Part shown: in pieces, positions 38,269 to 47,862 of the stretch
Layout: every line of letters begins with the position of its first letter
Position numbering within the stretch: the stretch's first letter is position 1
Assembly (NCBI GenBank): GCA_028684195.1
Contig: JAQUGH010000001.1
Span: forward strand, 19,771 to 83,770
DNA length: 64,000 nucleotides
Direction of reading: 5' to 3'
DNA from: Clostridia bacterium
Lineage (GTDB): Bacteria > Bacillota > Peptococcia > DRI-13 > DTU073
The notes under the pieces: model-generated
What the model was told of the DNA's origin: nothing
The model's database searches: none
What the model saw: the letters and a program-made list of their open reading frames with translations, nothing else
Made by a program: the position numbers and the translations under genes

Positions 38269-40689
38269 GTGTCTAAATTTTTGACTGCAATAAAAGAGAC
38301 AATACTTTTGGGTGATGGAGCTATGGGAACTATGCTTGTGAAGGAAGGGTTACCAGCGGGATATAATCCAGAACTTTGGATGCTTTCTAATCCCGAAAAA
38401 GTTAAAAATATACATAAGGCATACCTTAATGCCGGTTCTCAAATAATCCAAACCAATACTTTTGGTGCTAATCGTCTAAAACTCAAAGAATATAACGCTA
38501 CCACTAAAGTAAAAGAGCTTAATATAACCGCTACACGTTTAGTCAAAGAAGTTGTCGGTAATAATGCCTTTATTGCTGGGATTGTGGGGCCTACAGGACA
38601 TTTCCCTGCCCCTTTGGGCGAATACACTTGGTTACAACTTGTTGATATTTTTCGTGAGCAAGTTGAAGCTCTTCAAGAGGGAGGCGCCGATTTTATCTTT
38701 CTTGAAACCTTTTCTGACTTAGGAGAAGCTCGTGCTGCCCTTTTCGCTGCCAAGAATTATACCTCCCTGCCTGTAGCCTGCTCGCTCACCTATACCGATG
38801 GGCATACCTTAACAGGTACAGCACCAAAAACCGCTTCTGTCGTCCTTGAAGCTATGGGCGCAGATATTATTGGAGCCAATTGTTCTACTGGTGCCAAAGA
38901 ATTGTTACCAATCATGGAAGCATACAGAAATACCACCAATCTCCCTCTATTAGTTGAGCCTAACGCCGGAATGCCTGAATTAGTCAATGGCAAAACAGTT
39001 TATCATGAAACCCCTCAAGCTATGTCCAATTATATAAACTCTTTTGTCCATTTAGGGGTAAAGCTAATAGGGGCTTGTTGCGGCAGTACTCCGGATCATA
39101 TTCGAGCAATGGCTGAAAAACTCCAAGAAGAGGAATTCCCTTTTATTAAAAAAATTGTTTTTCCCACACGACTAGCGAGCAGAACAAAAACTGTATCTCT
39201 CGGAATAGGTGAACTACCCCAACTTATAGGAGAACGAATTAATCCCACCGCCAGAAAAATAATTTCTCGTGCTTTTCATGAAAATAATTGGGATACAATA
39301 CTTCAAGAAGGCTATGCTCAAGTGGAAAAAGGAGCTCATCTCTTGGATTTAAATGTTGGTGTACCAGGACTTGATGAGGGCAAGCTTCTTGCACAAGGTG
39401 TTCGACAACTACAAATGTCCTTGGATGTACCTCTTGTTTTAGACTGTACAAACCCTGAAGCCTTAGAAAAAGGTCTTCAAGAATACCAAGGAAAAGCACT
39501 TATTAACTCCGTGAATGGCGAAAGCAAGAGTCTTGAAAACATTTTGCCTCTAGCGAAAAAGTATGGTGCAGCAGTCTTAGGACTTACTTTAGATGATCAA
39601 GGTATCCCTGAAAAAGCAGAAGATAGATTGAAAATTGCTGAAAGAATAGTCAATCGAGCCTTAGAAGCAGGACTTTCTAAAAAGGATGTCATTATAGACT
39701 GCTTAGTTATGGCTGCTGCCACCAATCCAATCCTCTCTCTGGAAACTATTCGTGCTATTGAGCTAGTAAAAAAGCAATTGGGAGTGTGTTGTGTTTTAGG
39801 TCTAAGTAATGTTTCTCACGGTTTACCACAACGTTCTTGGCTTAATAACACCTTCTTATCCTTAGCATTAGGCGCCGGACTTGACGCTGCTATTGCAAAC
39901 CCTAACGACTCACGAATAAGTGAAACGATGGCCTCCTGTGCATTTCTAACAGGTCGTGATCCAAGTGCACAAAATTATCTGCAAGCAACCGGTAAAATTC
40001 TTGTTACATCAACTAATACAAACCGTCCAGATCATAATAAACCAGTTTCCTTTCAAACTCTCCATGAATATATTTTACAAGGTCAAAAAGAACCTCTCGT
40101 ACCTCTTCTTGAAAAACTTCTTAAGAAGGAAGAACCTCTTGCAATCATTAACCAAGGCATCATCCCCTCTTTAGAAAAGGTTGGAGATTTATTTGCACAA
40201 GGTAATGTTTTTTTGCCCCAACTAATGTTATCCGGTGAAGCTGTGAAAATTGCCTTTGCTTACCTTAAAAAATTCATTCCTGCCTCTACCACGGAGGAAA
40301 AAGGCACTATTGTTGTAGGTACCGTCAAAGGAGATGTTCACGATATTGGAAAAAACATTGTCAAAGCCTTATTAGAAAATCATGGATACAACGTTGTCGA
40401 TTTAGGAAAGAATGTACCAGCAGCAACTTTCGTAGAAACAGCAAAAAAAGAACATGCTCAAATAATTGGTTTAAGTGCCCTTATGACTACTACCATGGTG
40501 GAAATGGATACCATTATCAAACAGGTTCGGAAGGAAAATTTACCGCTGAAAATCATTGTCGGTGGTGCCGTTGTCACAGAAGATTATGCTAAGCAAATCG
40601 GAGCTGACGGCTATGGTAAGGATGCTGTCGCCGCAGTGAAAATTGTTCAAAAACTATTAAATAGCTCTAAGCTATTAAGGAATGATTGA
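38269..40689 (+). CDS. metH: Cobalamin-dependent methionine synthase lacking the reactivation domain (Hcy-binding, pterin-binding and B12-binding modules)
   Basis: The Hcy S-methyltransferase start is LLGDGAMGTML, with GANCS and GACCGSTP. The pterin domain includes INPTARK. The B12 motif is GDVHDIGKN. The start was set at GTG 38269, after GGAGGTG. The upstream 80 codons of the track ORF overlap the M23 gene and look non-coding. Confidence 0.9.
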   Translation: MSKFLTAIKETILLGDGAMGTMLVKEGLPAGYNPELWMLSNPEKVKNIHKAYLNAGSQIIQTNTFGANRLKLKEYNATTKVKELNITATRLVKEVVGNNAFIAGIVGPTGHFPAPLGEYTWLQLVDIFREQVEALQEGGADFIFLETFSDLGEARAALFAAKNYTSLPVACSLTYTDGHTLTGTAPKTASVVLEAMGADIIGANCSTGAKELLPIMEAYRNTTNLPLLVEPNAGMPELVNGKTVYHETPQAMSNYINSFVHLGVKLIGACCGSTPDHIRAMAEKLQEEEFPFIKKIVFPTRLASRTKTVSLGIGELPQLIGERINPTARKIISRAFHENNWDTILQEGYAQVEKGAHLLDLNVGVPGLDEGKLLAQGVRQLQMSLDVPLVLDCTNPEALEKGLQEYQGKALINSVNGESKSLENILPLAKKYGAAVLGLTLDDQGIPEKAEDRLKIAERIVNRALEAGLSKKDVIIDCLVMAAATNPILSLETIRAIELVKKQLGVCCVLGLSNVSHGLPQRSWLNNTFLSLALGAGLDAAIANPNDSRISETMASCAFLTGRDPSAQNYLQATGKILVTSTNTNRPDHNKPVSFQTLHEYILQGQKEPLVPLLEKLLKKEEPLAIINQGIIPSLEKVGDLFAQGNVFLPQLMLSGEAVKIAFAYLKKFIPASTTEEKGTIVVGTVKGDVHDIGKNIVKALLENHGYNVVDLGKNVPAATFVETAKKEHAQIIGLSALMTTTMVEMDTIIKQVRKENLPLKIIVGGAVVTEDYAKQIGADGYGKDAVAAVKIVQKLLNSSKLLRND

Positions 40690-40690
40690 A

Positions 40691-41398
40691 ATGCCATTTT
40701 TTAAAATTCCATTACACATAAAAAAACAAGATGTCTTGCCTTTTTTGGGTATTACTACAGCTCCTTCACCACAGGAAGAAAATTTGATTGATATTTGCCT
40801 ACATGAAATCAAGCAAAAGGCTCATCCCGTTGGCATCTGGAAAACATATGAAATAAAAAAATTTGAACCAAATAAAATCATATTGGAAAATTGCTCCCTT
40901 ATTTTAGAAGGTGACAACGCATCTGAACATTTCAAAACATGTGAAAAGATTACCCTACTAGCATCAACGCTTGGTAATGAAATAGATATATTTCTTCAAT
41001 CTTTGGGTCAAGAAAATCCTGCACATGCACTTGTCTTTGATGGTATTGCCTCAGCTGCTATTGAAACCTTTACAGAACAAATGGATACTTACCTCTCCAG
41101 TGACATAAGGCATAAAGGATATTTCCCAACCGCACGTTTCAGCCCAGGCTACGGTGATTGGCCACTTAAATGGCAAAAAGAATTTTTGGAAAACATAGGT
41201 GGAGCAGAAATCAATCTCACAACTACCCCCCATTTCTTACTGCAACCCATTAAATCTGTCACAGCTGCCCTAGGGTGGAGTAAAATACCAGTTGAAAGAA
41301 GCTATACATCAACAAATCAAGCCACTAAGCCTTGCCGAAATTCGAAGGCTTGTAAGTATTGCAAACTAGCTCCTTTTTGTTCTTCTAAAAAACACTAA
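40691..41398 (+). CDS. Stand-alone methionine synthase reactivation-domain-like protein (Met_synt_B12 family) with C-terminal Cys cluster
   Basis: The sequence RFSPGYGDWPLKWQKEFL is typical of the vitamin-B12-dependent methionine synthase activation region. The C-terminal tail is CRNSKACKYCKLAPFC. The start was placed at ATG 40691, 9 nt after AAGGA. Confidence 0.75.
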   Translation: MPFFKIPLHIKKQDVLPFLGITTAPSPQEENLIDICLHEIKQKAHPVGIWKTYEIKKFEPNKIILENCSLILEGDNASEHFKTCEKITLLASTLGNEIDIFLQSLGQENPAHALVFDGIASAAIETFTEQMDTYLSSDIRHKGYFPTARFSPGYGDWPLKWQKEFLENIGGAEINLTTTPHFLLQPIKSVTAALGWSKIPVERSYTSTNQATKPCRNSKACKYCKLAPFCSSKKH

Positions 41399-41597
41399 TA
41401 CATGCTCAAAAGAGGTCTTTGCAACAATATATAGAAAAACCTGTCTGAGACTGTTTTACTTAAAAATGAACTTAAAACTTCCTAGCTAACACAAATGTTG
41501 AAACATTTTATATACAAATTAATAAACGATTTATGTAAAAGATAACCTTGCATTCATGGTTAAATTACTGCTAAAATAAAGTGAAAGTTAGTTGAAC

Positions 41598-41634
41598 CAT
41601 TCTAGAAGCTTAGTGAAAATTAGCTTCTAGAATG
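41598..41634 (+). promoter_or_regulatory. Perfect 13-bp-stem hairpin/palindrome in the glnA leader
   Basis: CATTCTAGAAGCT, an 11-nt spacer, then AGCTTCTAGAATG. It lies downstream of a candidate promoter (TTGCAT 41548-53, 18 nt, TAAAAT 41572-77) and 60 nt upstream of glnA. Confidence 0.5.
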
Positions 41635-41693
41635 AATTTGGTTAAATATAGAAAATATACTGTTTAGTAAACTTAAAAAAGGAGTTGTTGTTT

Positions 41694-43028
41694 TTGTCAA
41701 ATTTTTCTAAAGCAGATATTATGCGTCTCATATCTGAGAATAATGTTAGATTTATTAGACTTCAATTTACAGACATCATGGGAATACCAAAAAATGTTTC
41801 CATTACAGTGGATCAACTGGAAAAAGCACTAAATAACGAAGTTATGTTTGATGGATCCTCAATTGAAGGATTTGTGAGAATTGAAGAATCGGACATGTAT
41901 CTCCATCCCGATCCCAATACTTTTGTTATTTATCCTTGGCGTTCATCCGAAGAGGGAGCTATTGCACGACTTATTTGCGATATATATAAATCAGATGGAA
42001 CCCCTTTTGAAGGAGATCCTCGCTATGTATTGCGTAGAGCTTTGAAAGTTGCTTCCGATATGGGATATTCTTTCAATGTAGGTCCTGAGGCTGAATTTTT
42101 TTTATTTCATACTGCACCTGACGGATCTCCCACAACTAATACTCATGATAAAGCCGGATATTTTGATCTTTCCCCCATTGACTTAGGAGAAAACGCACGA
42201 AGAGATATGGTTTTAACCTTAGAAAAATTCGGATTTGAAATTGAAGCTTCTCACCATGAAGTTGCTCCTGGTCAACATGAAATAGATTTTAAATACTCTG
42301 ATGCTTTAGATATTGCAGATAAAATTATTACATTTAAGATGGTCGTAAAAATTGTTGCCCAACGTCATGGGCTTCATGCCACCTTTATGGCAAAGCCTAT
42401 TTTTGGAGAAGCCGGTAACGGTATGCATATGAATCAATCTCTTTTTAAAAATGATGAAAATGCTTTTTGTGATCCTAGTAGCCCTGATGGTCTAAGTCAA
42501 GAAGCATTATACTATGTGGCTGGAATTTTAAAGCATGCCAAAGCTTTAACAGCTATCACAAATCCTACCGTAAATTCATATAAACGTCTTGTCCCAGGTT
42601 ATGAGGCTCCTGTTTATATGGCATGGTCTGCTCAAAACAGAAGCCCTCTTGTCCGCATTCCAGCCAAAAGAGGACTTTCCACAAGAATAGAATTAAGAGA
42701 TCCTGATCCAACTTGCAACCCATACTTTGCCCTTGCTTGTGCCTTAATGGCAGGACTTGATGGCATTAAAAACAAAATTCAGCCACCTGCTCCCTGTAAC
42801 CGTAATATCTTTGAAATGACAGCACTTGAAAGAAAAGAATTAGGAATAGATACATTACCCGGTACTCTTCAGGAATCACTTAATGCCCTAAAAGCAGACA
42901 AGCTCGTAAAAGATGCTTTAGGTTCTCACGTTTTGAATTGCTATCTAGAAGCAAAACAACACGAATGGAATGAATATAGCACTATCGTTCATCAATGGGA
43001 AATAGATAGATATTTATCTGTGTACTAA
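41694..43028 (+). CDS. glnA: Glutamine synthetase, type I
   Basis: The sequence has [13 protein letters not shown]..., GPEAEFFLF and the [13 protein letters not shown] motif. The start was taken as TTG 41694, 9 nt after GGAG. The track ORF begins at 41685. Confidence 0.93.
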   Translation: MSNFSKADIMRLISENNVRFIRLQFTDIMGIPKNVSITVDQLEKALNNEVMFDGSSIEGFVRIEESDMYLHPDPNTFVIYPWRSSEEGAIARLICDIYKSDGTPFEGDPRYVLRRALKVASDMGYSFNVGPEAEFFLFHTAPDGSPTTNTHDKAGYFDLSPIDLGENARRDMVLTLEKFGFEIEASHHEVAPGQHEIDFKYSDALDIADKIITFKMVVKIVAQRHGLHATFMAKPIFGEAGNGMHMNQSLFKNDENAFCDPSSPDGLSQEALYYVAGILKHAKALTAITNPTVNSYKRLVPGYEAPVYMAWSAQNRSPLVRIPAKRGLSTRIELRDPDPTCNPYFALACALMAGLDGIKNKIQPPAPCNRNIFEMTALERKELGIDTLPGTLQESLNALKADKLVKDALGSHVLNCYLEAKQHEWNEYSTIVHQWEIDRYLSVY

Positions 43029-43145
43029 CACAACATTCCACCATAATAAAACAATATATACCGAATTTACGAAGGAACGCCCCGGCTTTATGAAGAAGTT
43101 TTGTTATATATAACGAAACTAAAAAATAAAGGGGCGTTTTTAATT

Positions 43146-43916
43146 ATGAAATTTGAATTGAACTTTACTAATAAAATTGTATGCGTGACAGGTGCAGGGC
43201 GAGGTATTGGAAAAAGCATAGCCTTAGGATTCGGGTCATTAGGAGCACATGTTTTTTTAGTAAGCCGTAATATGAACCAGCTTCAAGAAACAGCACAAGA
43301 AATTATTCAAGCAGGTGGAGAGGCGAGCCCCCTTGTCTGTGATTTATCTAAAGTTGATGAAATAAATAAATTAGTAACTGGGATCAAAAAAATATCCCCT
43401 AAATTAGATATTTTAGTTAACAACCACGGTGCTAATATTAAACTACCCAGTGAAACATATAATGAAGAAGATTGGGATCTAACTCTCGATACAAATTTGA
43501 AATCATATTTCTTTTTAGCAACTGCTGTCGCCAGAGAATTCATGATCCCCCAACAATCTGGTAAAATAATTAGCCTGGCGTCCATAGGCGGACTTACTGC
43601 CATCGTAAAATCTGCTGCCTACTGTTCTAGCAAAGGCGGTGTTATCCAAATGACAAAAGTTCTTGCCTGTGAATGGGCTAAACACAATATACAAGTAAAC
43701 GCTGTTGGCCCTGCTTACATCAAAACACAACTAGTTAAAGAAACCTTGAAAAACAAAGATTTTGTCAAGAGTCTTATGTCTAGGATACCCGCCGGTCGTT
43801 GTGGTGAACCATCAGAAGTTGCAGGAGGTGTGCTTTTCCTCGCCTCAGATTTAGCCAACTACATTACAGGACATACCCTTATGATTGATGGAGGTTTTTC
43901 CTCTTTTGGTATTTAA
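43146..43916 (+). CDS. Short-chain dehydrogenase/reductase (gluconate 5-dehydrogenase / FabG-like)
   Basis: SDR motifs are TGAGRGIG (cofactor), NNHG and YCSSK (catalytic YxxxK). The start is at ATG 43146. Confidence 0.85.
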   Translation: MKFELNFTNKIVCVTGAGRGIGKSIALGFGSLGAHVFLVSRNMNQLQETAQEIIQAGGEASPLVCDLSKVDEINKLVTGIKKISPKLDILVNNHGANIKLPSETYNEEDWDLTLDTNLKSYFFLATAVAREFMIPQQSGKIISLASIGGLTAIVKSAAYCSSKGGVIQMTKVLACEWAKHNIQVNAVGPAYIKTQLVKETLKNKDFVKSLMSRIPAGRCGEPSEVAGGVLFLASDLANYITGHTLMIDGGFSSFGI

Positions 43917-43936
43917 AATTAAGTACTATACCTTTG

Positions 43937-43976
43937 AAAATCAGGTGCGAGCTTCTGCTCATACCTGATTTTTTTC
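43937..43976. terminator. Bidirectional intrinsic terminator between convergent genes
   Basis: AAAAUCAGGU...ACCUGAUUUUUUU, with an inner GAGC-UUCU-GCUC helix. Confidence 0.8.
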
Positions 43977-44005
43977 TTATCGGCATAGGATTTTTATATA
44001 GTAAA

Positions 44006-45133
44006 CTACTCCACAGGGAGCATATCAGCAATTACCAGTATTTTTGCTAATATTTCTTCTCCCCTCTTATTTACCGCCGCAAAATCCATTGCCTTAATAT
44101 ATTTTTTTTCCAAATCATCATGTGATTCCTTAGCTGATTTTAATCTGCTCCATGCCAGTTCTCTCAAATGGGATATGCGTTTTTTACAATCTTTTATTTC
44201 TCGTTTATATTTTTTAATAATATCTGTATAAACAAATTCATCACAGTTAAATTCTTGATAAATTTCTAATCCAACAACACTAGTAGCTTCAAATTCCAGC
44301 GGCTCATTTATTCTTAAAAAAGCAACCTCTATATCCGGAAAACAAACAAGCTCAATTTTATTTGGATCAAAAGGGCAATGGTATAATTCACAATTCAAAC
44401 CTCTATCCGTTCCAAAGTGATAGATGCTTCTCAAGATTTTTTCCTTGCAGGCTCCTTGTTGACCTTTCAATAAATAAAGTTTTTTTACCTTTTGAAGTAT
44501 TGTATCAAGATGATTCACATATCCACCTGGAGTATTTGCACTAGCAAAAAGATTGCGTACCTCTGGCTTTCTGTTAAATTGCGGACTACTGCTTCTGAAT
44601 AAAGTATTAATTATTTCATAAATTAATTTATTAACCTTAGCCCAATCAGTAGCTTCTTTAAAGTAACCTTCTAACTCATCACTAGCTACTTTAGCCTCTT
44701 TTAAGTAGCTGTACACCATTTTATACTTACTTGAAATATTATTAATATAATCTTCTATCTCATCCTTAGCCTCGACCAAGATTTTTTCGTCCCAATATTC
44801 ACCAAGATTTATTATCTCATCAACAGCACCAGGAATTTTGGGATCCACTACATGCGGAGCTGTCCCATCTACAACAGCGACACCCAATGTGGGAATAGCA
44901 ACTCCATCCAAAGAATCATTATCCGATGAACAACAATGATATTCCACATCAAATCCTTTTTCTACGAGTACCATTCCTGTTTTTTTCATTAACCTTGACT
45001 TCCCTACCCCAGGTCCTCCTTTTAAAATAAATATTTTATTTGCTTTTCCTTGAATAATATTGTCATAAAATGAATAAAAACCATAGCAGGTATTATTACC
45101 TGGAAACACTTTTTTGATCTTTCCTTTTGTCAT
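44006..45133 (-). CDS. Conserved P-loop ATPase of unknown function (PRK06851-like, recalled)
   Basis: 375 aa. Walker A is GGPGVGKS and the Walker B-like segment is GVAVVDGTAPH. The family name is from memory only. Confidence 0.55.
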   Translation of the reverse strand: MTKGKIKKVFPGNNTCYGFYSFYDNIIQGKANKIFILKGGPGVGKSRLMKKTGMVLVEKGFDVEYHCCSSDNDSLDGVAIPTLGVAVVDGTAPHVVDPKIPGAVDEIINLGEYWDEKILVEAKDEIEDYINNISSKYKMVYSYLKEAKVASDELEGYFKEATDWAKVNKLIYEIINTLFRSSSPQFNRKPEVRNLFASANTPGGYVNHLDTILQKVKKLYLLKGQQGACKEKILRSIYHFGTDRGLNCELYHCPFDPNKIELVCFPDIEVAFLRINEPLEFEATSVVGLEIYQEFNCDEFVYTDIIKKYKREIKDCKKRISHLRELAWSRLKSAKESHDDLEKKYIKAMDFAAVNKRGEEILAKILVIADMLPVE

Positions 45134-45233
45134 AATTAATCACCCTTTTTTTAACTTCATTCAACTGGAATCTGAATGTTCCTTTACACCATGATACATA
45201 CTTTTATATTTATGTATTTTAATATGCTTTTGT

Positions 45234-45267
45234 GACGGAATCAGACGGGGTCAAGACGGGGTCAGAC
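45234..45267. repeat. Tandem GACGG(AA/GG)TCA repeats (x3), REP-like
   Basis: GACGGAATCA, GACGGGGTCA, then A, GACGGGGTCA and GAC. The reverse complement TGACCCCGT differs by one base from the TGTCCCCGT core of the repeats flanking the transposase at 32281-33143. Confidence 0.8.
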
Positions 45268-45347
45268 TTTTATAATTTTATAACTCAATATTCTGAAACA
45301 TAAGTTCATATCTTCCCAAATATCCCTCTCTAAGTCTGTTATATACA

Positions 45348-45923
45348 TCATATAAACAAATTATCAGAACGTCTATACCATACAACTAATAAAAATATAG
45401 GCAAGATTAAAGCAATAACCAAAGTTAATTTCCACTGAATAGTAACTAAGATACTTAGTGATCCTATTATTGTCAAGGTGGATATAAAAACATCTTCAGG
45501 ACCATGATGAGCAAGCTCAGTTATATCAAATAAATCTGCTGTCAATCTACTCATTAGTTGACCTGTACGGTTTTTATCAAAGTATCCATAAGACAATTCC
45601 TGCATATGTTGAAATAAATCGCTTCTTATATCTGCTTCTACTAATACACCAAAAGAGTGACCATAGTAGGTTATTATATAGTAGAAAAAAGCTCTTAATG
45701 TATAGGCAATTAGCATAATCACCATAATAGTTATAAAAGTTTTATAAGCATTAATGGGTAGTAGCTCATATAGAGAATAACGAGTTATTGCTGGAAATGA
45801 TAAGTCAATAACTGCAATTAAGAATGCACATGACATATCTAACATAAATAAATTTTTGTGTGGTTTAAAATATGAGAAGAATATTGAAACTAGAGATCTT
45901 TTTTGAAATTCTTTTGTATCCAT
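45348..45923 (-). pseudogene. Truncated ABC exporter (transmembrane-domain half only, no ATPase domain)
   Basis: The 191-aa ORF matches the N-terminal ABC_membrane region of MsbA-type exporters (RTGQLMSRLTADL...). It stops after about 4 TM helices, and no nucleotide-binding domain follows. Confidence 0.7.
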
Positions 45924-46419
45924 TTTTGGTATTTTCCTTTCTTTTATGCGTCTTAGTTTGAGATATTTAGCCTTTGTGATTAAAAAAGCTCTTTTTTTTA
46001 TTTTTAAGAATAATTACTTCCCTGTCTATATTGTTCAAAGTCCACTACTAGCTTAGCTCCTACATTCCCAACTGTAGATAAAACTACACTGCTACGATGA
46101 TTTCCATATTCATTTTTAGTGCTTTTTATAACTGCAAAACAATTTTCACATTTTTCCTTATCACTATTAAATTAATAAATTATTCTTATTCCTTGATTTA
46201 TTTAGCTCATTTAACCCTTTGATTAATATATTTCCATTCCTTTTCAAAGCGCTTAATTGTTCGTTTTTTTTTGCCCTGTTTTTTCATATGTTACTTTATA
46301 CTATCATTTGATTAATTAATCTCTAAAAATTATACCCCAATACAGCATCTAAAAAGAATATAAAAAAAGCACAGTAGCCAAAACCACTGTGAATAAACTT
46401 CACAAACAGGTACTGTTCT

Positions 46420-46620
46420 TTAGTCACTAGGGTTTATTACTTTTGTTAATTTACCCTTCAATATCCCTTTGCTTTTCCCAATTACTTCAACTAGAACATC
46501 TTCCCCTTTTAAAGTTTCTGATACAAAAACTACTTGTCCATCTATCCTGCCAACACCTGCTCCATCGTGAGCATATCCTGTAATTGTCACTTTATAAGTC
46601 TTTTTATTATCTCCTATCAC
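46420..46620 (-). pseudogene. Relic of a RumA/RlmD-type 23S rRNA (uracil-C5)-methyltransferase: TRAM domain only
   Basis: The 66 aa contain GYAHDGAGVGRIDGQVVFVSETLKGEDVLVEV, a TRAM domain, ending in ...INPSD-stop. The codons after the stop still read RTVPVCEVYSQ, resembling the Fe-S Cys region of RumA. Similarity then ends at a terminator-like hairpin. Confidence 0.6.
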
Positions 46621-46810
46621 GTTGCTTTTCCCCTTTACTATTTTACTATTTACTCTATTTACTCTATTTACTTAAAATAGTTAACCTAAGCTATAAATTT
46701 TCACAATCCAATTACACCAACAAATAAACTGTTTATAAGATTAACTATCAAGAGAGAGCACAGAAGAACCGTCCCTTTGTGTCTCCTTCATTATTGTACT
46801 CAAAAGATTA

Positions 46811-46950
46811 CTACATGAGGAGCTGTCCCATCTACAACAGCGACACCCAATGTGGAAATAGCAACTCCATCTAAAAAATCATTACTTGATGAATATCATT
46901 CTTACTCTTATTCAGAAAAAGTGAAACTTCATTCAGCTTGAATCTGAATA
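46811..46950 (-). pseudogene. Degenerate duplicate of the 5' end and upstream region of the P-loop ATPase gene at 44006-45133
   Basis: 46811-46895 aligns by eye, with few mismatches, to 44849-44945 (CTACATG.GGAGCTGTCCCATCTACAACAGCGACACCCAATGTGG.AATAGCAACTCCATC...). 46926-46950 aligns to 45153-45178 (CTTCATTCA.C..GAATCTGAAT). About 200 bp is deleted in between. Confidence 0.75.
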
Positions 46951-46978
46951 ACTGACCAACATAAGCCACTAAAATAGT

Positions 46979-47602
46979 TCAACTACCTTTTATTTTATAA
47001 TTGTATTCCCTCCCATAATGTTTCAGCAAAGCCGAGACAACTTTAACATCATAACCAGGTCTATCTAATTCCGCAACTATATCTTTCTTAGAAAGAGCTC
47101 CCCTATACGGTCTACTACTATTCATAGCATCAAACACATCTGCTACAGCTACCATTCTAGGAATCAATGGTATTTCTTCTCCGCATAAGCTATAAGGATA
47201 CCCCCTTCCATTCAATCTTTCATGATGAAAAGTTATACCTTCAGCCACTTGACTGGGAAAAGTCCCACAGAATATTGAAATAAAGCGTTCACCCAATAAC
47301 GGATGATAAAAAACTAAATTCTTTTCTCTTTCTGCTAATTTGCCTGGATAATTCACAGTATTAGTCATAAAAGTCTTTCCTATATCATGAAATAAGCCAG
47401 CCAAAGTGGCAAAATTTATTTGTTTACTATTTAATCCAAGTCCCTCTGCAATTACTTTACACAGCTCACTTACCCTAACGGAATGTTCCCATGTTGCCTT
47501 ATCGCTTTTTTCTAAAACGCATTGCAAACTACTGTACCACGAATTCATAGATTCATCATCACTATGCATACAAAAAAACCTCCCATTATTTTCGAACATC
47601 AT
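46979..47602 (-). CDS. HD-GYP domain protein (putative c-di-GMP phosphodiesterase)
   Basis: 207 aa with the HD motif (LFHDIGK) and HHERLNGRGYP. Confidence 0.85.
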   Translation of the reverse strand: MMFENNGRFFCMHSDDESMNSWYSSLQCVLEKSDKATWEHSVRVSELCKVIAEGLGLNSKQINFATLAGLFHDIGKTFMTNTVNYPGKLAEREKNLVFYHPLLGERFISIFCGTFPSQVAEGITFHHERLNGRGYPYSLCGEEIPLIPRMVAVADVFDAMNSSRPYRGALSKKDIVAELDRPGYDVKVVSALLKHYGREYNYKIKGS

Positions 47603-47862
47603 TTGTATGAATTTTTTTCTAGTTCACAAATTTTTCTATTCTCGTTCTTATATAATAATCCTGCTTATCTTTATATATTTTTTATCTTTTTAAATAACTC
47701 TAACATGATTTTTGTCATATTGAAACTCTTTTGGTCTTTTTTACAATTATCGACACTAATATATATTAATATTTGCTTTTTTATTTAAATCTTGTCTTTA
47801 CTTGTTCCAAGTAAATGATAAAATATATATATATTAAATATATTTTATCTTAGGGAGGGCTT

